Shown: positions 56,276 through 64,000 of the stretch, piece by piece
How the letters are laid out: every line of letters begins with the position of its first letter
Position numbering within the stretch: the first letter of the stretch is position 1
Origin: an uncultured bacterium
GTDB taxonomy: Bacteria; Verrucomicrobiota; Verrucomicrobiia; Verrucomicrobiales; DEV007
Length of the DNA stretch: 64,000 nt
Direction: 5' to 3'
Assembly: GCA_963977015.1 (NCBI GenBank)
Contig: CAXBMO010000009.1
Span: 32,001-96,000, forward strand
Made by a program: the position numbers and the translations under genes
The notes under the pieces: model-generated
Seen by the model: the letters and a program-made list of their open reading frames with translations, nothing else
Told to the model about the DNA's origin: nothing
Database searches by the model: none

Positions 56276-57236
56276 GCAACGTCCCCCTTCCTGCCAACAG
56301 CAAGTAAGCCGTCATCGTGACGACGATGACCACCCCAAAGGTGTATTTCACGTTCTCGGGAAACGCGACCGGCGACCAGAAGCCTTCAATCACAGCGGCG
56401 AACGTGGTCATGAACGCGGCTCCAAAAAGGAGACGAATCGCCACGCGCCCCGACCGCACCAACGCATCTCTCCGGGAGAACCGGCCCGGTTTGATCATGG
56501 CAAAACCGATCTTGAAACCGGCCATGGCCGCGAAAATCATCCCGATCAACTCCGGCGTGGCGTGACCACTGGTCCAGTTGAGAAACTTCATCGGGTCGCC
56601 CGCCTGCATGAGGTATCCGGTTGAAGCGCCCATCGCCAGACCATTGAAAATCACAAAGAAGATCGTGCCCAATCCAAACAAGGCGCCACCGGCAAAAATC
56701 CGCAGATCAATCCCAACATTGTTGCGAATGTAAAAGGCGAACATGGCGAAGTTCGAACCAAAGTTGTCCCGCAAATCCGAGACGTCCGCATCGTGACCAA
56801 AGCCCATTTGCAACATCCGCATCTGTTCGGGAGAAAGGATGGACTCCACCCAACGCTGATCGAAATAGCTGGAGGCCACCATCGCAAAAAACGGCGCCCA
56901 GAACAGCAGCATCGTCAGCCAGAAAAGACGCCATTCCTTGCGAACGATCTGCGGCAACTCGGCCCCGAGAAAGCGCCATCCACGACGCCAGAAATGGTTC
57001 ACCTCACGATGAATGTGATGGTAGCTGCGAATGACCAGGCGGTTGAGCCGCTCACTCAAACTCAGCCCATACATGCGGTGCTCCGCGAGTGAGGCATCGC
57101 TACAGGCCTGACGAAACAGCCCCGGCAATCGCTCGGCATCTTCCGGCTCCGGTTTTCCCTGGTCCAGCCGGTCCAAAACCCCTTCAAGGTCTCGCCAACG
57201 ATCTTCGTTCTGATTTTGGAAGGTGTTTGAATTCAT
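56265..57236 (-). CDS. Stage II sporulation protein M (SpoIIM/DUF95) family membrane protein
   Basis: YIRNN.G, F.G....NG, H...EL, AA.IEGF.SP. Confidence 0.9.
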   Translation of the reverse strand: MNSNTFQNQNEDRWRDLEGVLDRLDQGKPEPEDAERLPGLFRQACSDASLAEHRMYGLSLSERLNRLVIRSYHHIHREVNHFWRRGWRFLGAELPQIVRKEWRLFWLTMLLFWAPFFAMVASSYFDQRWVESILSPEQMRMLQMGFGHDADVSDLRDNFGSNFAMFAFYIRNNVGIDLRIFAGGALFGLGTIFFVIFNGLAMGASTGYLMQAGDPMKFLNWTSGHATPELIGMIFAAMAGFKIGFAMIKPGRFSRRDALVRSGRVAIRLLFGAAFMTTFAAVIEGFWSPVAFPENVKYTFGVVIVVTMTAYLLLAGRGTLRGA

Positions 57237-57248
57237 CGCCGTTTCGTC

Positions 57249-58001
57249 CTAGCCCGAGGTCCTGACCCACTGGGCAATCCGTTCCAGTTTCTCAACCGAA
57301 GACCGGCCTTCGGCTTGCGTCAGTGCGCCTGCCAGATTCGCCAATTCTTCCTGGCGAGGCTCCGACCAGTTCTCAATCCGGTCGGCAAACGCAACAATAG
57401 CGCCCTGTTCTTCGCGACTCAATGGATTTGGAGGATGAAGGGCGCGAATCACCGCTTCCGGGCTGGTTTCCCGTTCTTTCGGCTTCGGATCCGCATAGAC
57501 GACCAGGGTTCCGGCCGCCAAATCGCCCAATCGCTGAAACGTTTTCGTCATCAGGCAGGAGGCAAGACCAATTCCATAGGTAAACGGGAGTACATCGACA
57601 AACCTTAGGACGTTCCGAATCACCGCTTGCGTCAGAGAAATTGGCGCACCGGAAGTCCGCACCACCCGAAGGCCAAACGCGCGCTTTCCGGGCGTTGCTC
57701 CTTTCGGCGAATGCTCAAACCACACGAAATACCCCCACTCGATCAGAAAAAGGGCCAACAGCAGAAATCCCTGACCGATTTGATTGCCGTCTTCCCCGCC
57801 AATCGCGGCACCGGTGATCAGAAAAATCACCACGGCCACGGCAAAGGTGATCGCCGATTTCACCAACGTATCGACCATGAAAGCGAGGCTGCGCACCGCC
57901 GGGCCTGCCACCCGCAACCGGATTTCTGCGCCTTCGGCAATCTCAATCTTCTGAAGGGTGTCGAGCTGATCCGTCACAAAGTTGGTTCCTGATGAAACCA
58001 C
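57249..58001 (-). CDS. RDD family protein
   Basis: AG...R..AF.VD, G.TPGK..FGLRVV, IRN.LR..D, QRLGDLAAGT.VV. Confidence 0.93.
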   Translation of the reverse strand: MVSSGTNFVTDQLDTLQKIEIAEGAEIRLRVAGPAVRSLAFMVDTLVKSAITFAVAVVIFLITGAAIGGEDGNQIGQGFLLLALFLIEWGYFVWFEHSPKGATPGKRAFGLRVVRTSGAPISLTQAVIRNVLRFVDVLPFTYGIGLASCLMTKTFQRLGDLAAGTLVVYADPKPKERETSPEAVIRALHPPNPLSREEQGAIVAFADRIENWSEPRQEELANLAGALTQAEGRSSVEKLERIAQWVRTSG

Positions 58002-58047
58002 AAAGTGCCGGATTCGCGAGAATAAAACGCCTCACCGCTAGCCCGGG

Positions 58048-59466
58048 CTAGGCCAAAATCGGCTTCACCACATGTCCGTGGACGTCGGTGAGGCGAAAAT
58101 AGCGGCCTTGATAGCGATGGGTGAGTCGCTCGTGATCAATCCCCAACAAATGGAGCACGGTGGCGTGAAAATCGTGAATATGAACGCCGTCACTCGCGAT
58201 GTTGTAGCAGTAATCATCGGTTTCACCATGGCTGTGACCGGGCCGAATCCCTCCTCCCGCCATCCACATGGTGAAGCAACGGGGATGATGGTCGCGACCG
58301 AAATTCTTGGCATTGAACTTGCCCTGACAGTAGTTCGTTCGACCGAATTCACCGCCCCAAATCACGAGCGTGTCGTCCAGCATCCCCCGCGATTTCAAAT
58401 CCTCAATCAAAGCGGCACTGGGTTGGTCCGTTTCCCCCGCCTGACGCGTGATCCCGCCGGGAAGCCCTCCGTGCTGATCCCAGCCCGGATGATAGAGTTG
58501 GATGAAACGAACCCCGCGCTCCGCCAGGCGACGAGCCATCAGGCAGTTGGCCGCAAACGTTCCCGGTTTCTTCGCGTCCTCGCCGTAGAGTTTGAAGGTT
58601 GATTCCGGCTCATCCTCAATCGCGGTAACATCAGGAATGGAGGACTGCATCCGGAAGGCCATTTCGTATTGCGAAATTCGCGTATCCAGCTCCACATCGC
58701 CGGTTCGCTCCCGCTGAATTTCGTGCAATTCGTTCAATCGATCGAGCATCTGGCGACGCCCCCTGGAATCGATCCCGTTCGGACTGTTCAGATAGAGGAC
58801 CGCGTCCTTGTCGGCGCGAAACCGAACCCCGGCGTGTTTTCCGGGCAAAAAACCGCTTCCCCAAAGTCGCGAAACCAGCGGCTGCCCACCTTTGTTCTTC
58901 GTCACGAGCACGACAAATGCCGGCAAATTCTCGTTCGTGGTCCCCAGTCCATAACTGAGCCAGGCCCCCATGCTGGGGCGGCCGGGAAACTGGGACCCCG
59001 TCTGCATGAAGGTCACGCCGGGGCCGTGATTGATCGCCTCCGTATACATCGACTTCACGAAGCAGAGATTGTCGGCAACTTTCGCGGTGTGCGGCAGCAA
59101 ATCACTGATCCAGGCCCCACTTTCCCCGTGTTGCTGAAATTTGAAGGGAGATCCGACCAAGGGCAAACTGGCCTGATTGCCGCTCATTCCGGTCAAACGC
59201 TGACCCTGGCGGACGGAATCCGGGAGTTCCTGGCCGGTTTCCGCAACGAGACGCGGTTTGTGATCGAAAAGATCCATCTGCGACGGACCGCCCGACTGAA
59301 ACAGGTAAATGACGCGTTTTGCCTTGGCCTGATGATGAAATCCGCTCTCCTGCGCCAACAAATCGGTCAACGCGAGCGAACCAAGCCCCCCGCCAAACCG
59401 TTGCAAAGCGGCGCGGCGACTCAGGCCAAGGGGGGATTCATATCCAGTGCAAGTCATCAGCTTCAT
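58048..59466 (-). CDS. DUF1501 domain protein (Tat signal)
   Basis: SRRAAL, AKRVIYLFQSGGPSQMDLFD.KP, GWDQH, GGEFGRT, RDHH; start uncertain (59457-59487). Confidence 0.95.
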   Translation of the reverse strand: MKLMTCTGYESPLGLSRRAALQRFGGGLGSLALTDLLAQESGFHHQAKAKRVIYLFQSGGPSQMDLFDHKPRLVAETGQELPDSVRQGQRLTGMSGNQASLPLVGSPFKFQQHGESGAWISDLLPHTAKVADNLCFVKSMYTEAINHGPGVTFMQTGSQFPGRPSMGAWLSYGLGTTNENLPAFVVLVTKNKGGQPLVSRLWGSGFLPGKHAGVRFRADKDAVLYLNSPNGIDSRGRRQMLDRLNELHEIQRERTGDVELDTRISQYEMAFRMQSSIPDVTAIEDEPESTFKLYGEDAKKPGTFAANCLMARRLAERGVRFIQLYHPGWDQHGGLPGGITRQAGETDQPSAALIEDLKSRGMLDDTLVIWGGEFGRTNYCQGKFNAKNFGRDHHPRCFTMWMAGGGIRPGHSHGETDDYCYNIASDGVHIHDFHATVLHLLGIDHERLTHRYQGRYFRLTDVHGHVVKPILA

Positions 59467-59565
59467 CCACGAAGGAATAGCCAACATCCTATCGTCCTTA
59501 CGGTCGCGAGTAAATCCCCGCTGTAGAGGTTGATCAGTCCGGGGTTTCGCCCATCGTTAGTGCAG

Positions 59566-60558
59566 ATGCCGAAGTCGAATGCCAAAACCTGGAATTGGGG
59601 ACTGATCGGGCCTGGACGATTCGCGCGGGAATTCGCCGAAGAACTCAAAACCGTCGAGCGGGCCCGGCTTGTCGCCGTGGGGTCGCGCGATGAGAAACGA
59701 GCACAGGATTTTGCCTCCGAATTCGGCTTCGAACGAGCCCACGGAAGCTACGACGCGTTCTTCGCCGATCCCGATATCGACATCGTTTACATTGTCGTGC
59801 CGCACGTGTTTCACGCCGAACTCGCAAAAGCCGCTCTCAGCGCGGGTAAGGCGGTTTTGTGCGAGAAACCGCTGACGCCGAGCGCAAGGGAAACCCGGGA
59901 CTTGGTTCAGTTTGCCGAGCGGCAGGGCCGATTCCTGATGGAGGCGATGAAAACCGGATTCCTTCCCGCCATGCTTCAGGCGAAAACCTGGATCGAGAAT
60001 GGAGCGATTGGCACACCGAAATTGGCCAAGGCCGATTTTTGCTTTCGTGGGCCGAGCGATCCCAAGGACCGGCTCATGAATCCGGACCTGGCGGGTGGCG
60101 CGGTGCTGGATGTCGGGATCTACCCGCTCTACCTCGCTCGCTTTTTGCTCGGAGAAATTTCCGGGATTCACGCGACCGGATCACTCGCCACGACCGGCGT
60201 TGAAGATTCCGCGGCGATGATCGCGAAACACGAGAACGGGGCTTCGTCCGCCATGACCTGTTCCTTCCAGGCGGCAGAAGCGATGGACGCCGTGATTCTC
60301 GGAACCGAGGGCGAAATCCGGATTCCCAAGTTTCACGCCGCGACCCGAGCGGAGCTTTGGCGCGACGGAACCGTGATCGAAACCTGTGACGATGACTCGG
60401 GCGGAATGGTGAAAGCCGAGATCGAAGCCGTTCTCGAGAGCCTGGATCACGGTCGGATCGAATGCCCGCAACACCATCACCACGATTCAATTCGCCTCGC
60501 CGAAGTGATGGATGAAGTCCGTCTCCAGCTCGGCTCCCAACTTCCCGCCACCTCATGA
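59566..60558 (+). CDS. Gfo/Idh/MocA family oxidoreductase
   Basis: WGLIGPG.FA, DIVYI..PH..H, VLCEKP, GG..LD.GIYP. Confidence 0.93.
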   Translation: MPKSNAKTWNWGLIGPGRFAREFAEELKTVERARLVAVGSRDEKRAQDFASEFGFERAHGSYDAFFADPDIDIVYIVVPHVFHAELAKAALSAGKAVLCEKPLTPSARETRDLVQFAERQGRFLMEAMKTGFLPAMLQAKTWIENGAIGTPKLAKADFCFRGPSDPKDRLMNPDLAGGAVLDVGIYPLYLARFLLGEISGIHATGSLATTGVEDSAAMIAKHENGASSAMTCSFQAAEAMDAVILGTEGEIRIPKFHAATRAELWRDGTVIETCDDDSGGMVKAEIEAVLESLDHGRIECPQHHHHDSIRLAEVMDEVRLQLGSQLPATS

Positions 60559-62303
60559 ACGAAATCCACCAAAAGCAGCTTCCCGGATCCCGATTGCTCG
60601 ATGCGTCGACCGCCCAATTCCGGGTTTGGGCTCCGCGACGCAAAACCGTGGAAGTCGAAATTATTCGCGACAACAGCCTCGAACATCATCCCCTGACACG
60701 CTGCGAAGACGGGTTCTTCACCGGTGAAGTGAAGGGCGCGAAGGCGGGCGAACGCTATCGCTATCGACTGGACGGCGACGTGTCGCGCCCGGATCCGACG
60801 TCGCGATTCCAGCCGGAAGGCGTTCACGGGCCATCGCAATTGATCGACGAAAACGCCTATCGCTGGCGTGATGCGAAGTGGAAAGGCCTGCAACGCGACG
60901 ACCTCGTGATCTACGAAATCCACGTCGGCACGTTTTCCAACGAAGGAACATTCCCGGCAGCGAGCAAGCGACTGGATGAGTTGATCGAGTTGGGCATCAA
61001 CACCGTGGAGATCATGCCGGTCGCGCAAACTCCCGGCCGTTGGAACTGGGGCTACGATGGCGTCAACCTGTTCGCCCCGGCCTGTGCCTATGGTCCGCCC
61101 GATGCGCTCAAGGCCTTTGTCGATGATTGTCATCAACGCGGCCTGGCCGTGCTGCTTGACGTCGTCTACAACCACATCGGCCCGGAGGGAAACTACCTTG
61201 CGGAATACGGCCCCTATTTCTCGAAACGGCATCGCACGCCCTGGGGCGAGGCGTTCAAATTTGACGAAAAGAACGCCGGACCGGTTCGCGATTTCATCGT
61301 CGGGAACGCGGTTTACTGGTTGGAAGAATTCCACCTCGACGGGCTGCGCCTCGACGCGATTCGGCTGATGTTCGACGATAGCCCGACGCCGATCGTTCGT
61401 GAAATCGCCACCGCCGTCGATCAAATCCGAAAAGCCACCGGGCGCACCATCCATCTAATCGGGGAAACCAACGTTTACGATAATGAACTGCTCGAAGCGG
61501 GATATGACGCGGTTTGGAGCGACGAAATTCCGCACGGAATTCAAAGCATCGTGATTGATCAGCACGAAGTGGCGGGGCGCAATTACTCCGGCCCGGACGC
61601 GTTGACCGATTGCCTTCGCGAAGGCTTTCTTTACGAATATCGCGACGGCAGGATTCATCGCAAAGAGACTGCCGCGAATGCTCAGCTATCGCGAATCGTT
61701 CAGGGACTGCAGACCCACGATCAGGTCGGAAATCATCCCAGCGGCTTGCGCATCAATGCCCTGGCCGGGCCCGACGCGCAGAAGGCGGCCGTGGCCCTCA
61801 CGCTCCTGCATCCCGCGATTCCCTTTCTCTTCATGGGCGAGGAATTCGCGACAACGCCGTTCTGCTTTTTCGTCGATTACGGCGATGAACGACTGCGCAA
61901 AGCGGTCGTGGCCGGGCGGAAACGTGACTACGCGCACCAAAACTGGAAAGAGTTCGTCTCACCGGTTTCAGAGGAGGCGTTTTTGCGCTCCAAGCTGCCA
62001 TCGTGTGAGGACGGCGATTCGAGCCTGCGCGAGTGGTATCGGGCCTTGCTCGGCATTCGCGAGGAATGGCGAAACGCGGGTTGGTTGAACGCGGAAAACC
62101 TCACCGTTCACCATGATCCAGAGCATCAGCTCCATCAGTTGTCCTACGGTCCGGTCTGGGTCGCGGCTCGACTCAACTCGCCAAACGATTCCGCCGATCA
62201 ACCGATCCCGATTCCAAACGCGGGAGAGGTTCTGCTTCATTCCGCGCCAGGCTCGGGAAGCGAACTTCGCCCCAATCAAGCTGCCGTTGGGAGAACCGGT
62301 TAA
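60555..62303 (+). CDS. treZ: Malto-oligosyltrehalose trehalohydrolase-like GH13 enzyme
   Basis: FRVWAP, PDP.SRFQPEGVHGPS, WGYDGV, DVVYNH.GPEGN, GLRLDA, HDQVGN, FMGEE. Confidence 0.88.
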   Translation: MNEIHQKQLPGSRLLDASTAQFRVWAPRRKTVEVEIIRDNSLEHHPLTRCEDGFFTGEVKGAKAGERYRYRLDGDVSRPDPTSRFQPEGVHGPSQLIDENAYRWRDAKWKGLQRDDLVIYEIHVGTFSNEGTFPAASKRLDELIELGINTVEIMPVAQTPGRWNWGYDGVNLFAPACAYGPPDALKAFVDDCHQRGLAVLLDVVYNHIGPEGNYLAEYGPYFSKRHRTPWGEAFKFDEKNAGPVRDFIVGNAVYWLEEFHLDGLRLDAIRLMFDDSPTPIVREIATAVDQIRKATGRTIHLIGETNVYDNELLEAGYDAVWSDEIPHGIQSIVIDQHEVAGRNYSGPDALTDCLREGFLYEYRDGRIHRKETAANAQLSRIVQGLQTHDQVGNHPSGLRINALAGPDAQKAAVALTLLHPAIPFLFMGEEFATTPFCFFVDYGDERLRKAVVAGRKRDYAHQNWKEFVSPVSEEAFLRSKLPSCEDGDSSLREWYRALLGIREEWRNAGWLNAENLTVHHDPEHQLHQLSYGPVWVAARLNSPNDSADQPIPIPNAGEVLLHSAPGSGSELRPNQAAVGRTG

Positions 62304-64000
62304 CGCTTGGTGTAACTTTCGTCGAAGTTCATCAAGGTTGAAATCAGCACCGTGGTCGCCGCAAGCCGCCCGGGCGGATGATTCCCGGCCGACGGCCTGG
62401 CGCCTGCTTTCAGAAACTCAGCCGCCTGGTTGGGATTCGCGGTGAACACCGCCAATTGCTCGTGCACCAGCGACGCGAGAATTTCGTGCTCGCGCGGTTC
62501 GGGATGCCGACTCGTCATCAGCCGAAATGCGTGCCGAATCAGTGAACTCTCGTCATCGCCGTGTTCATCCAGCAACCGCTCGGCCGTGACACGCGCGGCC
62601 TCGACAAATTGCGGCCCATTCAGCAGCACCAGACTTTGCAAGGGCGAAGCCGTTTTCTCGCGTTTCACCGTGCAAACATCGCGCTTGCTCGCGTCGAGCG
62701 TCATCATGACCGGGGCGGGCGCGGTGCGTTTCCAAAACGTGTAGACACTGCGGCGATAGAGATTTTCGCCCGTGTCCGGCTTCATCGGCTTGAATGAAAC
62801 TTCAAGGTCGTAGGGTTTCACGGAAGGACCGCCAATCTTTGAGGAAAGCAGACCACTCACGGCGAGCGCATTGTCGCGAATCATTTCCGCCGGAAGACGA
62901 TCGCTCGGGCTTCGCGCAAGCAGCAGATTCTCCGGATCCTTCTCGCGCATTTGCGGCGATACCCGTGAATCCTGACGATAGGTGGCGGAAAGCGCGATTT
63001 GCCTGAGTAAATGATGGAGGTCCCAACCATGGGCGATGAAATCGCGGGACAACCAATCGAGCAATTGGGGATGGGACGGAGGTTTGCCCTGACTGCCAAA
63101 GTCTTCCGAGGTCGAAACCAGACCACGACCGAACATGAGTTGCCAATAGCGGTTCACGGTAACGCGCGTCGTAAGCGGGTGAGCTGGATCGGTCAGCCAC
63201 TTCGCGAGTCCAAGCCGGTTGGGCGGCAGTTCCGGATCCATTTCGGGAAGCACTTTCGGCGTAGCGGCGCTGACGGGTTCGCCGCGTTTCGAGTATTCGC
63301 CGCGTTCGAGGACAAAGGTGGGGCGATTTCCCGGCATCTCACGCATCACCATGATCTCGGGAATCGACTTGGCGATTTGGCTGCGTCTTTCGCGCGCCTT
63401 TTGGAGTTGCGGCGAATGCGATGGACGAAGATCGACCGCTTCAATTCCAGGTTTCACACCGGCAAGCGCCCCAATCTCGCCCGACGACAACAGTCCGCGG
63501 TAGACGCGAAATTCGTCCACACGTCCGTTCTTGAATCCCTTGTCTCGCATCCGCTGCCCCAATCCGACAAACGGATCACCTCCACCGGCAATCTCCCGGG
63601 TCAGATGATCGCGAACGATTTCCGTATCCGCGTTAGACCCGTTCACGAAAATCTGCAGGCCATTGGCGCGGCTCGAACCATCGTATCTCACCGCAACATG
63701 CGTCCAGGTGTTGACGGGAACAGGTTCCGTGGTCCGAACGCGAATCGCATTGCCCGGCCAAAAATGGATCAACGCCGCCGAAAGGCGACCGTCCTCGATC
63801 AAGAGCTCGTAACCACGGCTGGCCGCATCGGTCCAAGCCTTGGAACGGCGAACGACCACGGCGCGCTCTTTCACGTCCGGTGTTTGGATCCAGAGCGCGA
63901 TGGAGAAGGGTTCATCGCGGGTGAAATCTCCGACGCCTTTCGGCAAATTGACGGCATCGTCTCCTGTTAGTTGAATCGCGTTCCCAATTTTTCCCGGAAC
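62300..64000 (-). CDS. DUF1553 (PSD1) protein with LamG insert (5'-truncated by window edge)
   Basis: WTHVA..YDGS, NRLGLAKWL..HPLT.RV.VNR.WQ, PSHP.LLDWL, YRRS.YTFWKR, PLQ.L.LLN; frame open to 64000. Confidence 0.95.
   Translation of the reverse strand, partial: VPGKIGNAIQLTGDDAVNLPKGVGDFTRDEPFSIALWIQTPDVKERAVVVRRSKAWTDAASRGYELLIEDGRLSAALIHFWPGNAIRVRTTEPVPVNTWTHVAVRYDGSSRANGLQIFVNGSNADTEIVRDHLTREIAGGGDPFVGLGQRMRDKGFKNGRVDEFRVYRGLLSSGEIGALAGVKPGIEAVDLRPSHSPQLQKARERRSQIAKSIPEIMVMREMPGNRPTFVLERGEYSKRGEPVSAATPKVLPEMDPELPPNRLGLAKWLTDPAHPLTTRVTVNRYWQLMFGRGLVSTSEDFGSQGKPPSHPQLLDWLSRDFIAHGWDLHHLLRQIALSATYRQDSRVSPQMREKDPENLLLARSPSDRLPAEMIRDNALAVSGLLSSKIGGPSVKPYDLEVSFKPMKPDTGENLYRRSVYTFWKRTAPAPVMMTLDASKRDVCTVKREKTASPLQSLVLLNGPQFVEAARVTAERLLDEHGDDESSLIRHAFRLMTSRHPEPREHEILASLVHEQLAVFTANPNQAAEFLKAGARPSAGNHPPGRLAATTVLISTLMNFDESYTKR

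Overview
Window from a moderately GC-rich bacterium, most likely Verrucomicrobiota (PVC superphylum), judged from PVC-typical families: a PVC-type CxxCH heme protein, DUF1549/DUF1553 plus DUF1501 pairs, an ECF sigma with FecR-LamG, and a sulfatase. It is densely coding, with about 55 CDS. Content: citrate synthase (partial); an mreBCD-mrdA-rne/rng-SMUG1 run lacking rodA; two MoxR/DUF58 operons; hisI; a lipoamide-dehydrogenase-like flavoprotein; two bactofilins; a pglA/C/D/E-like glycan cluster; an MFS pump; glnS; a small accessory islet (41.7-44.7 kb); and treZ. The islet holds a duplicated and decayed gene, attC-like half-sites, a REP-like palindrome cluster and an AT-rich TIR gene. I saw no rRNA, tRNA, CRISPR array, integrase or intact transposase. 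Most notable observations: (i) the second bactofilin has an in-frame N-terminal zinc ribbon with no canonical start codon, directly after the in-frame TAA of the first bactofilin (ACG start, readthrough or lesion); (ii) a 47-aa HTH-like insertion inside the PBP2 transpeptidase domain; (iii) the accessory islet; (iv) a candidate sRNA/attenuator ahead of a protein built from tandem TolC/MFP-like hairpins. All calls come from reading motifs by eye; no database searches were run.
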